A DNA stretch of 64,000 nt from Octopus vulgaris. Its lineage: Eukaryota. Positions 1 to 11,751 of the stretch are shown one piece after another. Location: positions 52,824,001 to 52,888,000 of the forward strand of contig OX597819.1 in assembly GCA_951406725.2 (NCBI GenBank), written 5' to 3'. The notes under the pieces were generated by a model. It ran no database searches, was not told the origin of the DNA, and was given only the letters and a program-made list of their open reading frames with translations. A program made the translations under genes and the position numbers. Every line of letters begins with the position of its first letter. The stretch's first letter is position 1.

Positions 1-40
1 TTTAATGTTTATTGAGTGTTAATTGAAACAACTGTAAGTG

Positions 41-164
41 ACCAAATCTGAAGGCTTTGGTTGGACTGAGGCTATCATAGAAGATAATTGTCCAAGATGG
101 CATGCAGTGGGATTGAACCCAGAACCAAGTGGTTGGGAAGCAAGCTTCTTACCACACAGCCACA

Positions 165-166
<2 letters not shown>
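41..166 (-). mobile_element. SINE family A (tRNA-derived head, CORE-like box), 5' part
   Basis: Reverse complement matches the head of the full copy at 41320-41688 (ggtgtggctgtgtggtaagaagcttgcttcccaaccac..gggttcaatcccactgc..cttggacaa). Confidence 0.85.
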
Positions 167-200
<34 letters not shown>

Positions 201-392
201 CTACAAAATTAGAGAATGGAGAAACATACTTAAATCAATAAAACATCAACTATCCTATGATACCCAATCAATACTTTAATACACCATTACATATGAGTAG
301 AGGCATTATACAAAAAGAGATATACATTAATAGTAAAAAGATAAAGAGATATAAGTAAAAAATTTTCAAATATAATATGCAATTAATCAAAA

Positions 393-500
393 CTGACAGC
401 TGTTTCGGCAGTGAGGGCAGTCATACCTCATTTAACCTATAAGCCATAAAGGCAGGTATAAATGAGGCATTAACAAGGATGCCCCACGGCCTCTTCAGAG
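393..500 (-). ncRNA. Type I hammerhead ribozyme candidate
   Basis: Minus strand reads ct-CTGAAGA(498-492)-ggc.gtggggca..long hairpin..tgccctcac.gcc-GAAA(406-403)-cagctg-TC-ag. All core nucleotides are present, stem III is palindromic, the cleavage triplet is GUC, and stem I is short. Confidence 0.7.
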
Positions 501-729
501 AATTAAATTAAATTTGTTATAATTGTGAAAAATATTATATAATCATATACATATAAATATAAAAATATAAAAATGTAAAATATAAAAACTTATACATCAT
601 AATGCTACACCTATATAATATAATACACATTGGTACAATAAAGGAAGGTAAACAGAACAAAATAAAACAAAATATATATCAGTGTATATATTAATATTAA
701 TAAGTACCGATATTATACATATTTGGCTA

Positions 730-767
<38 letters not shown>

Positions 768-858
768 AACACATAGGGAGATGAAAAATAATAATTAAAA
801 CCATGGTTCAGTTCATAAAATTCTAAAGCTATAAAAGTTAATAAAAATTACTATTAAT

Positions 859-859
<1 letters not shown>

Positions 860-909
<50 letters not shown>
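860..909. repeat. (TAA)n microsatellite
   Basis: Direct reading. Confidence 0.95.
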
Positions 910-910
<1 letters not shown>

Positions 911-1537
911 GATACAGTTAAGTTTGCACAAAGTCCATCCTTTCAAGAACGAAATAACTATGAGTTTAGAAATGCTGACCACTAGGTAAAGAAAATTTAG
1001 ATTAATTCGATTGGCTATTGGTTTGAAATTTAAATCACAAAAGAAAATTATACGGTTGGTTAGTCAAGGAACGCCAATATTCACACACGCATCTACAGAT
1101 CAATCGCACATACACACATAGTTATATGTATATACATACACTTATACGCATACATAATCACAAGCAACAACTAGCACATAGATAAACAAAAAGGGAAGCA
1201 ACTATGCTACCATTTAGTCCTTCAAAATTATAACTGTGCCTCAAATACCGAAAAAGAACCATCCATGCCTTTCATAAAATATTTAATTTAGATATAAATA
1301 TATTTTTAAATATCAGTATGTTACTAAGTCAGATAATTATTTCATGGGTAACTTAAAATTTATAACACCGGTTTGTTGCATAGTAAACATACGGTTGTTA
1401 GATTTATCGTAAGTTTGTTATGATTCCAAGTACGCTAAAATATAAAATAAAAAATATAAAAAATATATATTAATTTATATATTATAAATAAATCACATAT
1501 TTACTTAATAAATTTAATGCCATAAATATACCAGTTT

Positions 1538-1540
<3 letters not shown>

Positions 1541-1612
<72 letters not shown>
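1541..1612. repeat. Compound (TA)n(GA)n microsatellite
   Basis: Direct reading; representative of dozens of similar tracts in the window. Confidence 0.95.
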
Positions 1613-1614
<2 letters not shown>

Positions 1615-1741
1615 TGCAAATAATATATAACACATATACTTGTGCGTGTATATCTAGATGAGTTTAAATGTAACTATAAAGTAGCAACTCTTTCAGGCAC
1701 ATTCAGTTAAAACCATATTTGCTAATATTATGATACATATT

Positions 1742-1956
1742 AAGGCAGCAATTTGGCAGAATCCTTCACACGCCAGGTAAAATACTTAACAGCATTTCAT
1801 CCATCTTGATGTTCTGAGTTGAAATTATGCTGAGGTCAACTTCACCTTTCATCCTTTTTGGGGTCAATAAAATAAGCACCAGTTGAACACTAGAGTGAAT
1901 GAAACTGACATATAACCTTCCCCAAAATTGCTGGCCTGGTGCAAGAATTTGAAACC
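1742..1956 (+). mobile_element. SINE family B, older copy (..gctggcctggtgcaagaatttgaaacc tail)
   Basis: aaggc..tggcagaa head, gttctgagtt B-box-like motif, gaggtcaacttcacctttcatcctttttggggtcaataaaataagcaccag core shared with 51806-52035. Confidence 0.85.
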
Positions 1957-2054
1957 TAATATTACTGATGCTTTTACTTAGGTCTCAACCAATTGGCATA
2001 ACAACCAGCTCAAGATCAAAATAAAAAAAAAAAATTTTTTTTTAAATTAAAAAC

Positions 2055-2151
2055 TTTGGGCAGATTTATATCAAAAGCATTCCAACCACAACCATCCTAG
2101 CTTTCCTTTATATTTTGCCATAGTATATCTAGAAGTATATTATCCAAAGTC
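2055..2151 (-). mobile_element. Repeat family E fragment
   Basis: Reverse complement of the ggataat..ctagatatac..aggatggt..ggaatgcttttgat segment seen at 34198-34410. Confidence 0.55.
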
Positions 2152-2287
2152 TATTTACCTTTCTTTTACCTGCTATTTCTATTTCTCAAGCAACCACTTA
2201 CAGACTCTTCCATTAGCTCATCAAGATGTTCACATCATCATCATTTTATATTTAAGTGTGTGTGTGTGTGTGCGCGCGTGTGCACAT

Positions 2288-2532
2288 GTAGGCATATCTG
2301 TGTAATTAAGAAATTCAATTTTCAGCCACATGGTTTCAAATTTTGTCCTACTGTGTGGCACCTTGGGCAAGTGTCTTCGACTATAGCCCCAGACCAACCA
2401 AGAAGCCCATCACATGCTCATGCACACATGATCCTTAAAAATAATTACTGTCATTGATGTGATTAACTAAACCTTTCACGGGGGTCCTCCAGCATGGTCA
2501 CAGTCCATTGATGAAAACAAATAAAAGAATAT
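2288..2532 (+). mobile_element. SINE family A, internally deleted
   Basis: gtggcaccttgggcaagtgtcttc CORE-like box and ctccagcatggtcacagtc..aaataaaaga tail. Confidence 0.8.
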
Positions 2533-2574
2533 AGAAGAAATAATGAAACTGTTATGATAACCATGTCATTTACA

Positions 2575-3010
2575 AGTGTGCTTCCTAATCACATGATTCT
2601 GGTTTCAGCTCCACTGCACAGCACCATGGACAAGTGTCTTCAACTACAGCCTAGAATCAATCAAAGTCTTTGTGAGTGGATTCAGTAGATGGAAACTGAA
2701 AGAAGCCTTCATCTACCTGCATGTGTATGTTTGCGTCAGAGACAGAAAGAGTATGCCTTGACATCATGCAATGGTTGTAAACATGCATCATCATCATCAT
2801 CATACAAGTAAGTAATGCCATTTATTTCCAATCTTACTTGATAATATGTCTGATCGTTGCTAAAAAAATAAAACCTTACTCAGAAACAGGTGAGGGTTGG
2901 CAATAAGAAGGACATACAGTTTCAGAGAATCTCTCTCAGTGAATTCTGTCTGATCCATGCAAGTATGGAAAAGCGTACATCAAAATAATTATGACAACAA
3001 TGATGACGAC
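2575..3010 (+). mobile_element. Composite SINE: family A head with alternative tail ending ..catgcaagtatggaaaag..(GAT/GAC)n (A2)
   Basis: A head at 2575-2710. Tail at 2755-3010 matches 18838-19082 and the reverse complement of 15312-15548. Confidence 0.75.
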
Positions 3011-3384
3011 AAGTATGGCAATGATAGCGATGACAATTTTTGCCAGGCTTTTTTTATTCATATATATATATATATATTTACATTTTTTAACTTTTGTTTT
3101 TTCATGGTTTATTTATATAATCCTGGTAAGCTATCGGATATTCTAAGGAGTATGGTGATACTGGTAGCACGATAAATATATATTCATGGAAAAGCTTTAT
3201 AGTAACATTCAATGAGATTTTGTTTGTTTGCCGAGTGTATTGGGATATTTACTATTGATTCTATTGACATTATCTTTGACTATTTTTTTTTTTATCAGCT
3301 TTGGCAGTATTTGCCATTTTGTCATTGAAAACACATCTTTTTTTATTCTCTTATTTATACATTATTTACTTATTCTTTTCTTTT

Positions 3385-3735
3385 CTTCTTTTCTTAGCTC
3401 GTTTCAAGCATTGGACTGTGGCCATGCTGGGGCAGTGTCTTCAAGAGTTTTAGCCAATGACATCATCTCAATATTTATTTCAGTTGGTACTGATTTTTTT
3501 ATCAATCATTTTGTAAAGAACAACAAAGAACACCACATAAATAACAACACCAGTTTTTATAGACCATTGTAAACATTAAAACACACACACACGTGAGCAA
3601 GCCTGTGTGGTTAAGAATCTCACTTTACCACTTCATGTTTTCACATTTAGCCCCACTATGTGGAACTATTGGGTATCTTCTCTGTAGCCCAGAGCTAACC
3701 AATACAAAGAGAGAATTTAATACATGGAAACAGCA
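3385..3735. mobile_element. Two decayed family A fragments (3385-3560 minus, 3595-3735 plus)
   Basis: ggactgtggccatgctgg tail in reverse; ctgtgtggttaagaa head forward. Confidence 0.65.
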
Positions 3736-3743
3736 TATATACA

Positions 3744-3962
3744 TTATCATCATCATCATTTAATGTCCCTGTTTGATGCTGACATGGGTCAAACAGTTTG
3801 ACAGGAACCAATGTGTTCAAGAACTGCATCAAGCTCTAATGTCTGGCTTTTACAGTTGGACACCCTTCCTAATGGCAACCCTAACTTTACAGCATAGACT
3901 AGGTGAGGCTTTTTTCATGCCACTGACACTACTGAGCTTGCCATGCAGTTTGCAGGACAAGC
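3744..3962 (-). mobile_element. Repeat family C (retroposon 3' end with (GAT)n tail)
   Basis: Reverse complement of ttaggaagggtgtccaactgtaaaa..tcaaactgtttgacccatgtcagcat..cattaaaatgatgatg. Confidence 0.75.
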
Positions 3963-4329
3963 CCTGAGGTAGGTGGGTGGTCAACTTCATGCCAGGGGAT
4001 GAGGGGATACTATGAGAGAAATGAAGTAGAGCATTTTCCTACAGAGGGATCTGTGTGGCCACTAAAAAGTAGTGCATGCATGAGTACACACAAGTTTATA
4101 TTCTACAATTGTCACCACTTAAGTAAAGCAGTGCTGATAATAACATTTCTTCTTCACATCATAGCCAGTCATTCTGCACTTTTGAAGATCAATGAAATAA
4201 CTCTTGCTTGTAAAGCAAGTAAGGGTTGGGAACAGGATGAGCAACTGATTGTAAAATCATACTTCAAATAACTCTCCATCAAAACCCATACTAGCACAGC
4301 AAAAAAAAACAAAAAACAATGTTAACTAA

Positions 4330-4632
4330 ACGTGACAGTAGGGGATTACACCACCGCTGTTTAGCCCTAGGAAGCATCGACGCTTCCTGTTGGCTTCGAC
4401 ACACTTACTGTGTCCTTATATATTTACGAAGGGGAGACAAATACCCCTCCCCTTCGTAAATATATAAGGACACAGTAAGTGTGTCGAAGCCAACAGGAAG
4501 CGTCGATGCTTCCAAGGGCTAAACAGCTGTGGTGTAATCCTCTACTGTCACGTTAAGTTGACAGTATACAACCATTATATCGCCCCACCACCGTACATAT
4601 CTCTATGAGATATTTAGAAATTTAATATTTCT
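4330..4632. mobile_element. 303-bp fold-back insertion with 12-bp TSD; probable PLE-derived inverted partial repeat
   Basis: Inverted arms 4320-4436 and 4447-4563 (5 mismatches in 117; inner 67 bp perfect), 10-nt spacer. aatgttaactaa is duplicated at 4318-4329 and 4633-4644. Confidence 0.8.
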
Positions 4633-4669
4633 AATGTTAACTAAGTAAACACAAAATGAATATATACAT

Positions 4670-4980
4670 AAAATGGGCTTCTGTAAAATTTTCTTTCAAC
4701 CAAATTATAATCATAAGGTATTGGTCAACCCAAGGCTATAGTAGAAGACACTAACTCGACTTGATGCAACTTGGGATCAAATCTGGAAACATATAATTGC
4801 AACTACAGTTTAACTATATGGTCAAACATGTGCTTATCCTCATCATCAAGAAGTCTGCTTCACAACCATGAGGTTTTGGGTTCAGTCCCACTGTGCAGTA
4901 CTTTGCTTAAGTGTCTTCTACAATAATAACTCCAAGATGACCAATGCTGTGTGAGAGAGAATCTGGTAGATGGAGACTTC
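4670..4980. mobile_element. Head-to-head pair of family A 5' halves (4670-4830 minus, 4848-4980 plus)
   Basis: ggctatagtagaagacact in reverse; gggttcagtcccactgtg..gtgtcttcta..tggtagatgga forward. Confidence 0.7.
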
Positions 4981-5405
4981 ATGTTGAATGAGTGTATGCA
5001 TGTATTATGTTTTATTCAAAAGAAAAAAAGGAAGGACTTTCGACTGATCCAAACACTGGTGAAAGAACAGACTCTGTTAATGGTATCCAAGTAACATTAT
5101 GTATACTACCATAAGTGCAGGAAAGAAATTTGCTTAGAGGGTGCAAATCCAGTTTTTCAGGAATTTTTTCCCAGCCAAAATTTTATGGGGCACACTTGTT
5201 CCCAAACCTATGTGTACCACCTAAATTCAGAAACACATGGATTTACTTTGTGTATTTATGTGCACACACACATGTGTGTGTCTGGATTTTTTTAAAATGT
5301 AAAATTACATAATGTAGTAGTGTTAAGCACAGCATAAATCCTATATAAAATCACTATATACACGCCCATGCAGACACAAAGAAACAGACACACATACACA
5401 AAGGA

Positions 5406-5460
<55 letters not shown>

Positions 5461-6003
5461 GAAAGACAATAATAAATAAGCATAGATAATAAAGTGTGAG
5501 CAATCATATATGACTTGAAGCATATGGATTGAGCTCAGTGACACAACAAAATCATGTAATACTGTGTTGTGACATGATGATGATGATGATGATGATGATG
5601 ACGGTGATGTTTATTGACATATAAACATGAACTAGTTGACATTAAAAATAGCTTTAATTAGATATTTGATATAGTCGGTTCCAGGAGCAAGATTATATTT
5701 ACTTTACCATCAAATTTCCAAAATGGAAATATTCCAACAAAATTGGAGGATGATTAAGATGGAGGGATGTACATTTTATTAAGGCCAAGCATCGCCACAA
5801 CCACCACCACCACCACCACCACCAACACCAGTGGCAACAGCAATAACAACAACATTTGAATTTTTAGATGTAGCAATTTAAAAGTCTTTTGTTTTGTTAA
5901 TAATCAATTTACAAAATATATGGGAGTTATTGAAAGAGAACGGCAAAAAAGGAAACAAGAATTTTGGAGGAGAGACATGAGAGAGAGTGGTAGATAAAGA
6001 GAG

Positions 6004-6040
<37 letters not shown>

Positions 6041-6651
6041 AGGAAAAAAGATGAAAGAGAGAAGCTGAGAAAAAATATGGAAGACGAAGAGGAAAAGAAA
6101 TTGGCAAAGAACCAGAAAGACAAAAGTAAAAGATGAGAAAATGGGGTATGGTGGAAGAAGCAACCAAAGACAAAACAAAAGAGGTGGGGAGTTGGGGATG
6201 AAGGCTGAAGGGTCTTATGACTCGAAATAATAGTGAAATAGAAACAAAAATATACACACATACATAAAGAGAGAAAGAAATTTGATATAAAAGAAAATAT
6301 TTGGATGTCCACGAAAACAAACTTTTATTTACACTTTTTTTTTTTTGAAAAATAAAACAAATTGCATGACTCCACACTCTCCCCACCAAAGAAAAACACA
6401 CAAAACAAATAATAATGAAATAAATATATATATAAATGCAATGCATCTTGAATCTTGCTACAACAACAACGATAGTTACAAGAACACCTTTAAAACTGAC
6501 AATAACAACCTCCAACTCTATGGATTCCTCTCCCTGCCACCTCAACCTTTCTTGTACTATCAGTATATTAGAAGCTAGGTTTCTTGTTCACAAAAGGCTC
6601 TGACATATAGTAAACAAGAAAATTCTATTGATGTAAATCTATATATATGTA

Positions 6652-6692
<41 letters not shown>

Positions 6693-7339
6693 CAGTTTTA
6701 AAATATCTGACTTTTTCCCTGTATGTTTGTATATGTGTTTCGGATACTTTTTTTTTTTTTTTTTTTTTTGCAAAATTCTCCAATCACAGATATCAAAGAC
6801 ATACACAAGTGTGTATCTATATCTTCACATAAAAACACAATAACAAATGAGAGATTAACGTGAGAGAGAGAGAGAGAGAGAGAGGAGAGGAGAGGGAGAA
6901 AAAGAGGTGAGGGGTGGGAAGAGATAGGCAGCTAGAGACACACACATTACCATTAAAAAAAGCAAAACGAAATGAGAGATTAAGACAGATAGCAAAAGAG
7001 AGAGAGATGTAGATAGCTACACACAGAATGTAGCAAAAAGAAAAAAAAATACAGCGAAAGAAAAATAAGGAAATAGAATTTCACTAAGAACAAAAGCAAG
7101 TAGACAAATCTTTGAGGGGAGGAGACTATAAAAATATCAGGGATGATTGATTTATTTTCCTCTAGATGATAAAAAGGAAGAACAGTAAAATATAGATAGA
7201 CTGAAGAGAAGTGAGTGTGGAGGCAGAGACTAGGGAATGAGAGGGAAAGAGAAGGAATGAATGAGAACAGAAGAAATGGAAGTTGGCACAAAAAAAATAA
7301 TAAATAACAAGCAGCAGAAGGATTTATTCCAGTAATGAG

Positions 7340-8165
7340 CCAACGACAGCCTCTATGTGGTTGATCAGTCTATTAGAAATAGAAGCTAAATCTCCCTCAA
7401 ATCCAAACTCTACTAGATTACACACTTTCTGGAAAAACAGTTGGAATGGTGTGAATGGTCATCACTTGAAAGTTTGATCAGCAATGACTTGGAGTGAAAC
7501 TAGAGTTTTTCTAAGCCGTTGGGAGTGGGAAAGATGTAAGGATTAAAAAAATCTGAGGTAGGAGCACAGGTAAGATGCCATGTTTTAAAAAATTTACATG
7601 GCTTAAGAATTTTTCTTTGTGTTAAACACTGCAAAGAATTAAAAAGATGCCTTGGGTAAGTAAGAGTCTTCTACTGTACCCTGCCAAAGTCTTACAGGTG
7701 GATTTGGTAGATGGAAACTGAAAGAAACTTGCCAGCAGGGAAAACAGTTGCTAAATAATGATGATGATCACACACACACACACACACAGTGTCTGAGCAT
7801 TCATGTTTCCATGACTGAAACAAGAAAAAGGATATAAGAATATATATGTGGATACACAATGGTTGACAGAAGAAAGATAATGAACAAGACTGGGAAATTT
7901 TAGACAATAATAGATAAGGGCTGATCTAGAGAACAAAAATTAATAATTTCATGAGAAAGCTTCTTTTGAATGCTCAAATCGTTAAAAATAGTAGTTCTGT
8001 TGCCCTCATATTACATGCTACTGATTTAGAAAAGGAAGAACACATGGATAATGTAGTCTTAGCTACATTAAGAATGAACACCAAAAGAAGGAAATGGTCA
8101 TTGCTGGTATGCTCTTGTTTATATGAAGCTACAACCCAATTGGGGATGACCTAGGGTTAAGCAAC
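7340..8165 (+). mobile_element. Decayed family E copies (7340-7500, 7955-8165) and a decayed family A head (7590-7735)
   Basis: tagaaatagaagctaaatctccctcaaatc; ggataatgtagtcttag..atggtcat..gacctagggttaagcaac; ggatttggtagatggaaactgaaagaa. Confidence 0.6.
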
Positions 8166-8984
8166 ATTATCATTAAATAGCTTTAAAGGTAATTCAATTA
8201 TGCCTTAAGATTTACCGGAGGTTTAACTTGCATGCCATAAAGAGAAAAACAGAGGCAGTTGGTGAGTTTTGTATTTTGTGTGTGTGTGTGTGTGTGTGTG
8301 TGAGAGGAGGTAGGCACATATGAAATGATTTCTAGATGAATCTTGGGGCATGGTGTTTACTTTTTGTGGATTCAATAGCATTTAGCTGAAGAGGTATTTT
8401 TTCTTCAAGATGATGCTGGTACATTGAATGAATATCTTGCTATGAAATCTGATACCTTTTCCACATGGTTAAGTGGACTTGCAGAGAGAGAGAGAGAGAG
8501 ACACACAAAGAAAGAGAGAGAGAGACTGTAGAAAAGGAATTTTTTTTTTTTTGCTTATTTTTTCCCAGAGACCTAACAAAATTCCGTCAGTTGATTTGAA
8601 CTGTTTAACCTTGAAATCTTAGACCAATACTTCATACTATATAGATCTTATCATTTTCGCATGCTAATGGGTATGTAGGGAGAGTGGGGGAGAGAAAGAG
8701 AAAAAAAAAGAGTAAGGAAGAAAGTTTGCAGTCCTATGCAACAATCACTAACAAATTTCTATATGGACCATCAACATATCTGAGTTTTCCAAGAGAGAGA
8801 GAGAGAGTGGAAGGGAGTAGGGAGAGAGGGAGATGAGTGAATAACAAAGGGGAGAGCAAGAGATGATGATGATGATGATGACAATATTATATGCCATCCA
8901 TCATCCAGTTTTGGTTTTTTATTATACCATTGTCATAAAATGTTAAAAGGATATTCAAATAGAGAATAATGCCTGCATCAACAC

Positions 8985-9099
8985 ACAACAACATATATAT
9001 GTATGCATATATATGCACACATACATATGTACAAATATATATGCACACACACATAGGCACACGCACACACAAATATATATATATATATATGTGTGTGTG

Positions 9100-9145
<46 letters not shown>

Positions 9146-9530
9146 TACATACACACACACATATGTGCATGTGTTTGCGTATGCATGCATGCACACATAC
9201 ATACAACAGCAAATACAGATAAACAGAATGTGTGCCAATGACCAAATAGCAATTACAAGCAAAGCTGATATAATAACCATAGATAATGTCAGATAGTCAG
9301 TGTAGCATTTATTAAAAATGATTGCTTTTGGTCTTTTCATTTACTTTTTATTACATTACACATACACATATATATTTATATACACATACACATATATATT
9401 TATATACACATACACATATATATATATACACACAGACACATGTGTTTGCATGCATACATATGTGTTTGGGCATGAGTGAGAGAATGTATATATATATGTA
9501 AGCATGTATGTATATGTATGTGTATGTATC
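8985..9530. repeat. Cryptic (TA/CA/TG) low-complexity region
   Basis: Alternating purine-pyrimidine runs; the source of six overlapping spurious ORFs. Confidence 0.9.
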
Positions 9531-9783
9531 TGTAGAAGTGGTTTTTTTTTGTTTTTGTTCTTTAGTGGGTGGGGATGGTGCATGTTTAGAGGATGAAGGT
9601 CAGCAGTTATGACTGACCTTTGCAGCCACCCCCACCAACATGAAGGTGGGACGGCGGGGTTGAGTAGAAATCGTGCATTGTTGCTCCAGCAGGAAGCACC
9701 ACATCAAGATATTGAGCTAACCTTGTAATGAAGTCATGGTCAGAGCGCTGGTAACAGAGTGGACTCTACTAAACAAACACAAT

Positions 9784-9822
<39 letters not shown>

Positions 9823-10007
9823 GGGGGGGGATTATTTGTATGAAGCCTACTGAAGTTGAAGCACATGTAGTCAATTTTTCTCCCACCATCACTCTTTTAC
9901 CTTAAAGGCATATCAATTCTAGAGAATGCTTAAGTTTTGAGATTGTCTCCCCTTCCTTGCCACCAGGCAATTGTTTTACCTTCACTGGAAGGCAATTTCA
10001 ATGATTG

Positions 10008-10160
10008 ATATTGGAAAGGGCATCTAGCTGTAGAAATCAAGCCAAACCTGACTGGAGCCTGGTACAGATCTCCAGCTGACCAGTTCCAATCAACCTTTCT
10101 AACCCATGCCAGCATAGAAAATGGACACTAAATGATGATGATGATGATGATGATGATGAT
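10008..10160 (+). mobile_element. Repeat family C with (GAT)n tail
   Basis: ggaaagggcatctagctgtagaaa..gactggagcctggt..aacccatgccagcatagaaaatggacactaaatgatgatg. Confidence 0.85.
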
Positions 10161-10925
10161 TGATCAAATTTATGTCACTGGCCACTAACTTATTTCACTT
10201 TTCCCATTTTTGTTTTGTGTGCATTACAAATAGATGCTGCACTTTTTGTATGTGTGAAAACCCAAAGCACTCAATATGTACTTGTAAGCTGTAGTGCATG
10301 CATGTGTGTGTGCATGCATGTATTGTCGGTCATTACATCTTTTCATGGACAGAGTGATCTTCAGCAGACTTTCTTAATGGTTAAAGATGCAAACTTCCAA
10401 ACAACACAAAGAATGCACCACATTGCAATCTGTGACTATATACTGGAGCTTTCAAACTTACAAAAAAAAAAAGAAATAAATAAAATAAAGACATATGTGA
10501 ACCACACAGTCTATTTTGAAATGAACCACTTCATTTAATAATGATTTAAAATTGTGCAATTTATGTTTACCCGAAAAATACCATATCCAAATACACACAC
10601 ACACACACACACAAACACATAATGACAATGAATAGAAAAACAGAACTACTTTTCACCTTGCAGACAATGGATGGAAATTTTTGCTATTTTCAGGGCAACC
10701 AACAGAGTACTAGTAAAGTCACACATCACATGACAAGTGGCCATCTTGTCTTTTTACTTTTCCAACTATTGTGGAAATCTACTGAAAAGAAAGAGACAGT
10801 GTGTGTGTGTGTATATGTGTCTTGAATATCTATACATGTGTATAATGCTGACAATACATATATGTGTGTGTGTGTGTATGCATATATACAGCATGAAAGT
10901 GGATGTTAAACGATGATGATTATTC

Positions 10926-10967
<42 letters not shown>

Positions 10968-11410
10968 ATGATATCAATGTATTTATGGGCAACTGAACCA
11001 AGACTAGTAAGTCAAATAACATGATCATCATGATCATCATCAGTAGTAGTATTAGTAGCAGCAAGCATGTCTATTGTAAGTATTGCTCAGTAATCAGCAG
11101 GAGTAAGGAGCCACAGTAAACAGTGAAAAACTATTGGAAGTAAAATGTGATCAGCAAGAATAGGTGAATAATTAAATGCAGAAATAAAGGCTAGCAGCAG
11201 GAAGAGAGAGAAGCTCTACAGGACTTAATATAGTAAAAAGAAGACATAAGCAGCAATGAAAGTTTTATTTCTACAGCAGCTCTTAAATTTGATATTACTT
11301 TGTTTCTTGGCTGATTTCTTTATTTCATACAGACTAAGGTAGGGAAATATAGAGAAAGTAATATAGAGACAAAGAGGTAGAAAGAGAGAGTGAGAAGGAC
11401 GTCAGGAAAG

Positions 11411-11444
<34 letters not shown>

Positions 11445-11554
11445 GAATGTCAAAGACAGAAAGAGAGCAGGATAAAGTTAGAATGGAAGAACAAGACAAA
11501 GACAGAAAGAGGGAGAAAGAAAAGAGGGGGAGAAAGAGAGAGATATGTACAAAG

Positions 11555-11630
<76 letters not shown>

Positions 11631-11708
11631 CAGGCAAAGACAGAAAATGACAGATTGGGAGAAGTGGGGTGAACAGAAAATGAAAGGGACAAAGACAAAG
11701 TGTATGCA

Positions 11709-11751
<43 letters not shown>

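Larger units (their letters stand above)
200..1540 (-). mobile_element. Probable Penelope-like element 3' remnant inserted in a (TA)n tract
   Basis: Bounded by (TA)n at 167-199 and 1541-1573. Contains a minus-strand hammerhead (393-500) and a decayed minus-strand peptide NIFISKLNIL/KGMD (~1261-1307) resembling the C-terminus of PLE GIY-YIG ORFs. Confidence 0.5.
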
